Positions 32,576-44,407 of a stretch of DNA of 64,000 nt are shown here, piece by piece. The DNA is from Isurus oxyrinchus (taxonomy: Eukaryota), in assembly GCA_026770705.1 (NCBI GenBank), contig JANJGN010000052.1, positions 2,666,001 to 2,730,000 of the forward strand. Direction: 5' to 3'. Both the position numbers and the translations under genes were made by a program. Within the stretch, counting starts at the first letter, position 1, and the number at the start of each line of letters is the position of its first letter. The notes under the pieces are model-generated. The model saw only the letters and a list, made by a program, of their open reading frames with translations. It ran no database searches and was not told the DNA's origin.

Positions 32576-32794
32576 ACCAGTGAGAAGATCGAGGATGTTT
32601 TGTGCTCTCAGCAAAACGTTTACCATGTGATGATCTGTCAGCTCATATTTGGGCAGCTGTAGTCATGAAGCTTCTCCATTGGCTCCGTGGGATTAGACTC
32701 CTGCCCCTCACCTCGGAGGCTGAAACTCAGGCGATAAGAGTTCCCAATACAGGTCTCTGGCCTTATGATACATTTCAACGATCCCTGTTATCAT

Positions 32795-34705
32795 TACGGA
32801 GGGAGTGCTGCACTGTCAGCGGCACTGTACTGTGGGAGTGCTGCACTATCAGAGGGTCAGTAATGTGGGAGGGCTGCAATGTCAGAGGGTCAGTAATGTG
32901 GGAGTGCTGCAACATCAGAGGGTCAGTAATGAGGGAGTGCTGCACTATCAGAGGGTAAGTAATGTGGGAGTGCTGAACTGTCGGTGGGTTTGTACTGAGT
33001 GAGTTCCGCACAGTTGGAGTGTCAGTATTGAGGGGGCGCCGGACTGTGGGAGGGTTAGTACTGAGGTAGAGTGGAGTGTGAGGAGATATCCTTTCATGGC
33101 AAAGTTTAACTGGAATTTATTTAAACACAATTCTTGTACTGTGCGTTATTGCAAAAGAAAGGATTTGAGGAACTAAGTCTTGTTCCCGTAAGCCTAAAAA
33201 TAATTTTCACGGATTTCAATGATTTAGCATTGAAACCTGCCTCTTTGGGCACCAGTCTTGATTGAAACAACTCGCACAGCACAGTGGGAGGGTGAGTACT
33301 GAGGGAGTGCTGCACTGTGGGAAGGTGAGTACTGAGGGAGTGCTGCACTGTGGGAGGGTGAGTACTGAGGGAGTGCTGCACTGTGGGAGGGTGAGTCCTG
33401 AGGAAGTGCTGCACTGTGGGAGGGTGAGTACTGAGCGCGGGCTGCACTGTGGGAGTGTGAGTACTGAGGGAGTGCTGCACTGTGGGAGAGTGAGTACTGA
33501 GGGAGTGCTGCACTGTCAGAGGATCAGTAATGAGGGAGTGCTGCACTGTCAGAGGGTCAGTAATGTGGGAGGGCTGCACTGTCAGAGGGTCAGTAATGTG
33601 GGAGGTCTGCACTGTCAGGTGGTCAGTAATGAGGGAGTGCTGCACTATCAGAGGGTCAGTGATGTGGGAGGGCTGCACTGTCAGAGGGTCAGTAATGTGG
33701 GAGGGCTGCACTGTCAGAGGGTCAGTAATGTGGGAGGTCTGCACTGTCAGATGGTCAGTAATGAGGGAGTGCTGCACTGTCAGAGGGTCAGTAATGTGGG
33801 AGGGCTGCACTGTCAGAGGGTCAGTAATGTGGGAGTGCTGAACTGTCGGTGGGTCTGTACTGAGGGAGTTCCGCACAGTTGGAGGGTCAGTATTCAGGGG
33901 GTGCTGGACTGTGGGAGGGTTAGTACTGAGGTAGAGCGGAGCGTGAGGAGATATCCTTTCATGGCAAAGTTTAACTGGAATTTATTTAAACAGAATTCTT
34001 GTACTGTGTGTTATTGCAAAAGAAAGGATTTGAGGAACTAAGTCTTGTTCCCGTAAGCCTAAAAATAATTTTCACGGATGTCAATGATTTAGCATTGAAA
34101 CCTCCCTCTTTGGGCATCAGTCTTGATTGAAACAACTCGCACAGCACTGTGGGAGGGGGAGTACTGAGGGTGGGCTGCACTGTGGGAGGGGGAGTACTGA
34201 GGGAGGGCTGCACTGTGGGAGGGTGAGAATTGAGGGAGTGCTGCACTGTGGGAGCGTCAGTACTGAGGGAGTGCTGAACTGTCGGAAGGTCAGTAGTGAG
34301 GGAGGGATACAGTGTCAGAGGGTCAGTACTGAGGGAATTCTGCACTGTCAGTTTGTCAGCACTGTGGGAGTGCTGCACAGTCAGAAGGTGTGTACCGAGG
34401 GAATGCCGAACTGTCGGAAGGTCAGTAGTGAGGGAGGGATACAGTATCAGAGGATCAGTACTGAGGGAATGCTGCACTGTGGGTGAGTGAGTACTGTGGA
34501 AGTGCTGCACTGTCAGATTGTCAGCCATTAGGGAGTGCTGCACTCTCAGAAGGTCAGTGCTGATGGGGTGCTGCACTTGAAAAGGGTCAATAATGAGGTA
34601 GTGCAGCACTATCAGAGGGACAGTAATGAGGGAGCGCTGCACTGACGGAGGGTCAGCACTGAGGAAAAGCTGCACTGTCAGTTCTGAGCGTGGTCTGCAC
34701 TGTCC
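32795..34705. repeat. 30-bp minisatellite arrays with an ~865-bp local tandem duplication
   Basis: Unique block gatatcctttcatggc...aacaactcgcacagcac present at ~33085-33282 and ~33950-34147. Confidence 0.85.
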
Positions 34706-35394
34706 AAAGTGCATTCTAGGCACTGCCCAAGGTTCCGCCTGATGTCCGTGTAACAACAACATCATGTACACGTCGAGAATATTTCTCACTGTGTCGGTGC
34801 AGCAAGACAGCTTTGGAATGGCACCACCACTGGCAGGAGTGTGAAACTACAATGTGACATGTTTACATGGGAAATTTCTATTATAAAGCTGGGCACAGGA
34901 ATTCGTATGATAGAACAAATGTGACAACATGAAGTAATGTCTTTGAGCCAAAAATTTGGCTTCAAAATAAGAATTTTAATCTATAAATATCTACAGAACA
35001 GGCTGAGCATTTTAATCACTTGAGTAAATCAATGTAATTTTATTCATAACACAAGCGCTTCTTACAATCTATCGCAGCATGAAAAAGGTGCAGCATTCAG
35101 AAAGCACATTCCAATCAGAGAACAGAGTTTAGCAACGTCACATTTCTGTTCATTCCTATTCGACCATGTTGGCTGCACACAGCCAGACAATGCCGTGGTT
35201 ATGATGTGTCCACACAGCAGGACTGGGGAGCACCAGGTATAAGGAAAAGTTTCAGCTTGCTGAGGAGAAGAAGGAGAATCTCTCGTTCCAGGTTTCTCTC
35301 CGTACATTAAGAAGCAGGCATGCCGATGTTTCATTGCACTCTGTCTGCTGATGGGAGTCCGCTTGGAAATTGCTGTTTGTGCTGATGGAAAGAA

Positions 35395-36000
35395 TAAGCT
35401 TTTCATAAATCGAGGGATTGAGTACAAACACAGGGAGGTTATGCTGAACATTTATAAAGCTCTGGTTAGGTCACAACTAGAGTATTGTGTCCAGTTCTGG
35501 TCTCCTCACTTTGGGAAGGAAGTGAGGGTCCTTGAGAGGGTGGGGAGGAGATTGAGCAGAATGGGTCCAGGGATGAGGGATTTTAGCTACAAGGTTGGGT
35601 TGGAGAAGCTGGGGTTGTTCTCCTTGGAGCAAAGGAGATTGAGGGGGGATTTGATCGAGGTGTACAAGATGATGATGGGTTTAGATAAGGTAGACAAAGA
35701 GAAGCTGTTGCCATTAGCTGATGGTACAAGGACTGGGGGACACAGATTGAAGGTTTTGGGCAGAGGGGGGATGTGAGGAGGAACTTTTTTACACAGCGAG
35801 TGGTAATGAGCTGGAACTCGCTGCCTACGAGGATGGTGGAAGCGGAGACGATGAACGATTTCAAAAGGAAATTGGATGGACACTTGAGGGGAAATAAACT
35901 CACAGGGATACGGGGATAGAGTGGGGGAATGGGACTGACTGGATTGCTTTACAGAGAGACAGCATGGACTCAATGGGCTGAATGGGCTCCCACTGTGCTG
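35395..36000 (+). mobile_element. CR1 LINE 3' fragment
   Basis: INRGIEYKHREVMLNIYKALVRSQLEYCVQFWSPH. Confidence 0.88.
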
Positions 36001-36121
36001 GAATGCCTCTCTGATACGAAGGTGATTCTAACCAGGACACTGACCAGTTTCATTACAACTTAACCCAACATCACACGTTATTTGTACGCACTGACTGACC
36101 AGATTGTTGCTGTACAAAGCT

Positions 36122-36261
36122 TCAAACAGGCTGTCGACTTCCTTTCACTGTTTGTCTCTCCCAGACACAGACTCCAGCGATAGTGATAACCACAGCCACA
36201 AGGAATATCACAGCTCGTATTCCCAGGATCAGGATCACGTGCAGAATCTCTCCTCCACTGT
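36122..36261 (-). CDS. Siglec B TM/cytoplasmic exon with intramembrane Arg
   Basis: Near-identical to 19462-19601; tail ...VKGSRQPV*. Confidence 0.8.
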
Positions 36262-37382
36262 CTAGAGAACACACAGAAAGAAATCATCACTGACTCTCCA
36301 CTTTCAATCTCTCACTCTGGCTGAACAATTAAGCTTCATATCACTGCAACATTTGCTTTAATCTTGACCCATCCACTGGGATTCAATGTGGAATGAATGT
36401 TTTCATTGTAAACACTCTAAGAGTGGACAATCGGAACTTTCCCCTTAGCGTGGAACATTGGTGAGAATGGATCATTGTGCTGTTGGACTCTCTGTCCAAT
36501 GTTTCTCTCCATCGCTGTGTACAGGATTGTGCTGTAGAAAATTCTGGAAACGTTTAGTGCAGAGTGGAAATCCATCTCGGACGCGTGTGTGATTCGGGCA
36601 GGATCGAGATGGACTCCCCCACGGACTTACACCCCCCGCTTAATAAACAGTTCCAATCTTTACCCAGAGAGAGGGGAGAATATGGAACTCGCTCCCACAG
36701 GGAATGGTTGAGGTGAGTAGTAGCGAATTAGGAAGTGAAATTGCTTGAAAAGCTGGGAGATGCAAGGGTTAAGTGCAACCGTGCCACCACTGGTGGGAGA
36801 GTGTAACTACAGCATAACGTTTACATAGGCAATCCCCATTATGAACAAGGACATTGGACATCATGTGAAATATGTGCACTGGAAAGCTGAGAACTTGATG
36901 TAAGCTTTTCACCAACAGGAATTCCCTTCCTAAACCTCTCCACCTCTCACTTACTCTCAGATACTCAAACAAAATTTCACACAAAATCACATAAGGACGA
37001 GTTGGGACAGGTGACTGGTCAAAGGGTTAGGTTTCAGGAAGCTTCTTAAAGGAGGATAGAGAGTTGGAGAGGCAGAGAGTATCTGTGAGTATCTCTGTGC
37101 ATCTGAGTGTCTGTAATAGACTTTGCAATTTCCATATTCTTCCATAAATATGAAAGGGAACACTAAACCCAGAATCCAGGTCAACTCTCCGGTGCAGCAC
37201 TGAAGGAGGTCAGGTAATCCACAGGGGAGTATGTGATAGTGTATTTGTTTGTGAGTGTGTCTTTGTGTGTGCTCATAGATGTGGGATTGTGGGTCTGCAG
37301 GTGTCTATTTAGGTCTGTATATTTATGTGTGTTTGTGTAGTGTTTGAATCTGTGAGAGATGTTGAAGTCTGTGTACACTCAC

Positions 37383-37535
37383 GTTCCACAGTGATGGTTA
37401 TGAATCCCTCCACTGCTCCATGTTCATTCTCTGCCACACACTGATAGTCTCCAGTGTCCCTGGATGTAACGTGAGGAATCACCAACCACAGTTCATTGTT
37501 GGAACTTGTTCTGTTCATTGGGACATTCAGATGTC
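37383..37535 (-). pseudogene. 5'-truncated third Ig exon (copy B)
   Basis: MNRTSSNNELWLVIPHVTSRDTGDYQCVAENEHGAVEGFITITVE, donor GTGAGT; N-terminal half missing. Confidence 0.78.
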
Positions 37536-37857
37536 AGGACCGGACTCAACAAGACAGATCGCAGGTTTACCAACAGAAAATGAAGAACAATTTATAATTA
37601 AAGGGAAGAGAGTGCTGATTGGGTGGCAAGTGGTCTCTGATTGGAGGAGAGTTGCCATTGAAAATAATGTGTGCGAGCTGTAAAGTTTAGACAGCTTGTC
37701 TCTTCATTCAGCAATAATCAAATAAAGATCAGTTAACTTCTATGGACTGTGAAGCATTTTGAGAGGCCTGAGAATATGGATACTGAGAACGGGCTGCACT
37801 GTCAGAGGGTCAGCGCTGAGGGAGTGCTGATGTAGAATGAAGGGTGTCCGTACTTAC

Positions 37858-38147
37858 CTTGCACAGTTAGTACGAGGGTCCGCTCCGATGAAACAGATGG
37901 ATATCTCACTCTGCAGCTGAGAGTGTGTCCGTGGTGTTTGAGTGATGGGATCAGGGTCAGAACAGAAGTATAGGTCAGAGTGACACCATGCTGGTGTTTG
38001 AGACTGATCCAGGTACGTCAGTGGGAGTGTCCCAGGTTAAGACAGGTGCTGCTGTTCCATTGCACGTTGTGTTGAAGGTGCAGCTTACATCCACACGCTT
38101 TCCTGCAATAATTTCAGCAGGGAATATCGTGGGTTTATCTGTGAAAT
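37858..38147 (-). pseudogene. Frameshifted Siglec C2 exon
   Basis: 290 bp versus 297; 7-bp deletion (agttaca) at ~37993. Confidence 0.88.
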
Positions 38148-39458
38148 CTAACAGACAGAGAATGGATCCTTTTAGAGAAATATAACGTGAAGCATCAGTT
38201 CAAATAGAAAGCACAGTCCCACAAGAGAAAGCAATTTTACAAGGATGATATCAGAACTGAGAGGTTACAATGATCATTAAAGAATTGTCTATTTTTACAC
38301 TTGTTGAATCTCTGTCACTCAGATTAATACACTCTCACTCAGTGACCCTTGATTTGACCAGACTGGGTGAGGGTGGAGGAACAGCTCACAGCTCGGGGAG
38401 AACAGACTCAGCATTTGGAAAAGGATATAGAGACACTGGAGAGGGTGGTAAAAAGCTTCACAAGGATGATCTCAGCAATGTGAGGCTTTACCTATCAGGA
38501 GAGGATGTACAGGCTGGGTCTCTGTTCTCTTGAACAGAGAAGGTTGAGGGGTGACCTCATTTGATCTTTGAAGTAATGAAAGGTTTTGATCGAGTAGACA
38601 TGGAGAGAGTGTTTCCACTCCTCACTTTGAACAAAACCAGAGGCTGACAATATAAGATTGTCACTAATAAATCCAATGGGGAATTCAGGAGAAACTTCTT
38701 TAACCAGAGAGTGGGGAGAATGTGTACTTCAAGAATCACTTCATTGGCTGTGAATTGATTTAGGATGGTCCTGAGGTGGTGAAAGGCGCTATAGAAATGC
38801 GAGACTTGGTTTTGTATTTTGAAAGCAGGTTTCCAAGGATGAGATGGGAACTGAGAAGTAACAACAATCAGCAGCAACTTTCCTATTTTCAAACTTGGTG
38901 GGGAATGTGTCACTGAGCTGAATACACTTTCACTCCCAGACCCTTGAATTGCCAACACTGGGGTGTGGGTGATGGAGCAGCCCACAGCTCATGGAACCCT
39001 GGCTCATCATTCTCTCAGAGATCTGGGTCACTGATCCCATTGCTCTCTGTGGGAGCTTCCTGTGTACAAACTCACTGCCACGTTAGTGACTATACTTCAA
39101 GAATTTCTTCATTGTCTGTGAAGTGATTTGAAGTTTGTTGAGGTGGTGAAAGGCGCTATAGGAATGCACGTCCTTCTTTTGTCAAATTGTTAGACTTTTA
39201 AACAGGATTAGAGAGACTGATGGGAGTGGATAGCCTGATAGCATTGATGGACACAGTCAATACATTTAATCATTGACATTAAAGTGATTATTAGAGGTTG
39301 CTTTAAGACTGAACTGGAAGCAATCACCAGGTTATTGAGAATCAGACAGTGTGTAAAAATAAACTGTGTTTTGTGTTAATATGTAAACGTCACAGTTTGT
39401 GTTATTTCCCATTGAGTGTTGAATGTGAATTGTTGAGTAATTATAACACAGCACTTAC

Positions 39459-39823
39459 CAGAAACATGAAGCTGGGTTACAGGATAGTAGTTGTATCTTT
39501 TCCTGCCGTCAAATTCTATCCTGAAAAAATAAGGTCCTGCATCTTCCCGTCTGATGTTGTTTATAATCAGGGAACAGTCGCCATCTTTCAGGTCTCCAGA
39601 CAGCCGGGTCCGATGGTGGAACCGTGGTAACTCGTGACTGTGATCCTTGGAGTGAAAGGCAATGGGAGAACCCAATTTGTGTGTTTCTTTATTACACCAG
39701 ATTCCATCTCGTGGTTTGTTTTCCAACTCTACTGGATAACTGTAACGAAATGGAATCTGTACACAGATTCCTGCGCTGTCACCTCTCGTGGAGTGTCACC
39801 TTTCCACTCTTGTGACAGTCCAG
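39459..39823 (-). pseudogene. Frameshifted Siglec V exon
   Basis: 365 bp versus 369; net 4-bp loss at ~39766 giving an early TAG; B-strand Cys codon changed to TTT. Confidence 0.88.
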
Positions 39824-40003
39824 CTGGGGAGAGAAATCTCAATATTTATCCCTGGATCCTCATTGTTTAATGAATCTCTTTGGATCTTCTTTGTCTAAGG
39901 AATCTTTTTGGATCCTCATTGTCTAAGGGATTATTTCTGATCCAAACCCCATATTGTTGTATTGTTGATTCCGATGCAGCATTGTAGACTGACTTGTCCC
40001 CCA

Positions 40004-42900
40004 AAAAACTGTGTATCTCAGCCTTGAATATAATTAATGACCCAGCCTCTGCAGCTCTCTGCAGTAAAGAATTCCACACATTCACTACCCTCTGAGAGAA
40101 GAAACTCCTCATCTCTGTCTTAAATGGGTGACCCCTTACTCTGAGATTATGCCCTCTGGTCCTAGACTCTCCCACAAGGGGAAACAACCTCTCAGCATCT
40201 ACCCTGTCAAGCACCCTAAGAATCTTATATGTTTCAATAAGGTCAGCTCTCATTCTCCTAAACTCCAATGAGTACAGGCCCATCCTACTCAACCTCTCCT
40301 CATATGAAAATCCCTCCATTACTGGGATCAACCTAGTGAACCTTCTCTGGACTGCCTCCAATGCCAGTACATCTTTCCTTAGATAAGGGAACCAAAACTG
40401 CTCACAGTATTCTAGGTGTGGTCTAACTAGTGCCTTGTATAGTTTTAGCAAGACTTCCCTATTTTTATACTCCATTCCCTTTGAAATAAAGGCCAACATT
40501 CCACCTGCCTTCCCTATTAACTGTTGAACCTGTATGTTATCTTTCTGATGACCCCCAAATTCCTCTATGCTTCAGCTTTCTAATGTCTTTCTCCATTGAA
40601 ATAATATTCAGCTCCTCTATACATCCTGCCACAGTGCAGCAGCTCACATTTTCCCACATTATATTCCATCTGCCAAGTTGATGCCCACTCACTGAACCTG
40701 TCTATGTCCCTCTGTAGACTCTTCGTGTCACCCTCACCACTTGCCTTCCCATCTATTTTTGTGTCATCCGCAAACTTGGCGAAAGTACATTAATTTCCCT
40801 CATCCAAGTCATTAATATATATTGTAAATAATTGTGGCCCCAGCACTGATCCCTGTGGCACTCCACAGGTTGACATCCTGAAAATGCCCCCCTTATCCCA
40901 ACTCTCTGACTTCTATTAGTTAGCCGATCCTCTATCCATGCTAATATACTGCCCCCAACACCATGGGCTCTTATCTTATTAAGTAGCCTTATATGTGGTA
41001 CTTTACTGAACGACTTTTGCAAATCCAAATATATTACATCTACTGGTTCCCCTTTATCTATCCTGTTTGTTACCTCCTCAAATAATTCTAATAAATTTGT
41101 CATGCATGATTTCCCCTTCATGAAGCCTATGTTTGTTTAAATTATGCATTTCTAAATAGTCTGCTGTTACATCCTTTATAATGGACTCTAACATGTTCCC
41201 AATGACAGATGTTAAGCTCACTGGCCTATAGTTTCCTGTTTGTTGTCTCCCTCCCTTTTTGAATATGGGTGTTACTTTGGCAGATTTCCAATCCTCTGGG
41301 AGTTTCCCAGAATCTAAGGATTCTTGGAAGATTAAAACCAGTACATCCACTATCTCTGCATCTACTTCCTTTAATATCCTAAGATGCAACCTATCAGGTC
41401 CAGGGGACCTATCAGACTTGAGACCCATTAGTTTCGCTAGCGTTATTCTCTAGTGATAGTTACTGTATTTATTTCCTCTCCCCACCCCCCTTTTGCCCCT
41501 TGATTATTTAGTATTTTTGGAATGCTATTAGTGTGTTCTACCGTGAAGACTGATGCAAAGTATTTATTCAACTCCTCTGTCATTTTCTGGTTCCTCATTA
41601 TTATTTCCCCAGCCTAGTTCTCTAAGGGGCCCATGTTCACTTTGGTCTCTCTCTTCCTTTTTATATATTTAAAGGAGCTTTTATTGTCCTTTTTTATATC
41701 AATTGCTAGTTTACCTAGTTTTCTCCCTCTTTATTTATTTTTTGGTCATCTTCTGTTGGTTTTTAAAACTCTCTCAATCCTCTGGCTTACCACTAATCTT
41801 TGTCGTGCTGCATGTTTTTTCCTTCAATTTGACACACACCTTAACTTCTTTGGTTAACCCAGGTTGGTTTATTCTCTTCCTACAATCCTTCTTTCTCACT
41901 GGGATATATCGTTGTTGTGAGTCATGAGCTATTTTCTTAAACATCTGCTATTGTTCATCCACCATCTTTTCTGCTAAACCCCTTTCCCAGTCCACTCCAG
42001 ACAACCCTGTCCTTATTCCTTTGTAATTACACTTATTTAAGTCCAGCACAGTTGTTTCCGACCCAGGTTTCTCAGTCTCAAACGGAATGCTAAATTCTAC
42101 CAGGTTATGGTCACTGTTTTCCAGGGGATCATTTATTCTGAGATCATGTATGAAACCTGCCTCATTACACATTACCAGATCCAAAATAGCCTGATCCCTG
42201 GTTAGATCCACGACATATTATTCCAGGAAACTGTCTTGAATACACTCAATGAATTCTTGCTCATGGCTACCTCTGCCAATTGGGTTTTCCCAATCTACAT
42301 GAAGATTAATGTACTGCCTTTTTTACATGCCCTCATTATCTCATGATTTATTCTCTGTCCTACAGCCGAGCTACAGTCATGGGGCTGATAGACCACTCCC
42401 ACCAGTTCCTTCCTCCACTTGTTATTCATTACCTCGAGCCATATGGATTCTATACCCTCCGATCCAAGATCATTTCTTGCTTTCGTACTTATTCCATCTC
42501 CTATTAACAAAGCTACCCCACCACCTTTCCTTCCTGCCTGTCTTTTTGAAAAGTCACATACCCCTGAATATTTATTTCAAAGCTTTGATCTCCTTGTAAC
42601 CATGTCTCCATAATGGCTATAAGATCAAACCCATTAACCTCTATTTGTGCCTTTAATTCATTTATGTTGTTCCAAATACTATGTGCATTTAAGTCAAGAG
42701 CCATTAATTTTGTCTTTTTATCATTTTCCTCCCTCTGACACTATTTGCTGATGTATTTTAATGTTTGGACACTGTGTACCCACCTGTCACACACTGGGTA
42801 TCATCACCAAAACAGCTATCCTGCAATGCTGACAAATCCTTTTGCTTTGTAAGCCTACATATACCCTCTCCAGAACACTCTCCCCATCTATTTAGTTTAA
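40004..42900 (-). mobile_element. CR1 LINE ORF2 (APE + RT), decayed, 3'-truncated
   Basis: LNAHSIWN...IAIMETWL endonuclease; SPGPD...NYRPVSLTS; VDVIYLD...; YKALVRPHLEYC. Confidence 0.92.
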
Positions 42901-44195
42901 AGGCAATACTGAGGGAGAGCAGCACTGTCAAAGGGTCATTACTGAGGGAGTGTTGCACAGTTGGAAGCTCTGGAACAAGGGACTGCAGCATTATCTGAGG
43001 GTCAGTCGGGAGGGAGGTATTCAATGTTGGATTGTAAGATCTGAGGGAGCGCTGCAGAGTTGGAGCTTCAGTAGTGAAGGAGTGCTGCACTGTCAGAGGG
43101 TCAGTACTGAGGGAGTGCTGCACTGTCAGAGGGTCAGTACTGAGGGAGTGCTGCACTGTTGGAGGGTCAGTACTGTGGGAGTGCTGCACTGATGGAGGAT
43201 CAGTACAGAGAGATTTCTAAACTGTTGGAGGATCAGTACTGAGAGAGTGCTGCACTGTCAGAGGGTCAGTACTGAGGGAGTGCTGCACTGTCAGAGGGTC
43301 AGTACTGAGGGAGTGCTGCACTGTCAGAGGGTCAGTACTGAAGGAGTGCTGCACTGTCGGAGGGTCAGTACTGAGGGAGTGCTGCACTGTCGGAGGGACA
43401 TTATTGAGGGAGTGCTGCGATGTCGGAGGATCAGTACTGAGGGAGTGCTGCACGATCAGGGGGTCAGTACTGAGGGATTGCTACACTGTTGGAGGGTCTG
43501 TACTGATTGAGTGCTGCACTGTTGGAGGGTCAGTACTAAGGGAGTGCTGCACTGTCAGAGGGTCAGTACTGAAGGAGTGCTGCACTGTCGGAGAGTCAGT
43601 ACTGAGGAGGTGCTGCACTGTCGGAGGATCAGAACTGAGGGGGTGCTGCACTGTCAGAGGGTCAGTACTGAGGGAGTGCTGCACTGTCAAAGGGTCAGTA
43701 CTGAGGGAGTGCTGCCCTGTCAGAGGGTCAGTATTGAGGGAGTGCTGCACTGTCAGAGGGCCAGTACTGAGGGACAGCTGCACTGTCGGAGGGTCAGTAC
43801 TAAGGGAATGCTGTACAGTCAGAGGGTCAGTACTGAGGGAATGCTGTACAGTCAGAAGGTCAGTACTGAGGGAGTGCTGCACTGTCGGAGGGTCAGTACT
43901 GAGGGAGTGCTGCACTGTCAGGGGGTGAGTACTGAGGGAGTGCTGCACTGTCAGAGGGTCAGTACTGAGGGTGTACTGCACTGTCAGAGGGTCAGTACTG
44001 AGTGAGTTCTGCACTGTCAGGGGGTCAGTACTGAGTGAGTGCTGCACTGTCAGAGGTTCAGTACTGAGGGTTTGCTGCACTGTCAGGGGGTCAGTACAGA
44101 GGGAGTGCTGCACTGTCAGAGGGTCAGTACTGAGGGAGTGCTGCACTGTCAGAGGGTCAGTACTGAGGGAGTGCTGCACTGTCAGGGGGTGAGTA
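42900..44195. repeat. 30-bp minisatellite
   Basis: gtcagagggtcagtactgagggagtgctgcact units. Confidence 0.95.
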
Positions 44196-44407
44196 CATTG
44201 CGATTCCTGCTCTGCTCTATCGGTCTCTTGGCTGGAAATAAAAGCCGCTGTGTTACTGTTCAGAAACTGTTATTAATTGTGTTCCGGTCACTATTTTCCC
44301 TAAAAAACAGATTCTCTGATTCTCATCAGAATACCTTTCTATGGGATCCTGCTGTGCATTATCTACACTGTTCTAGCTAATATAGAATGAAAGGTGTCCA
44401 TACTTAC

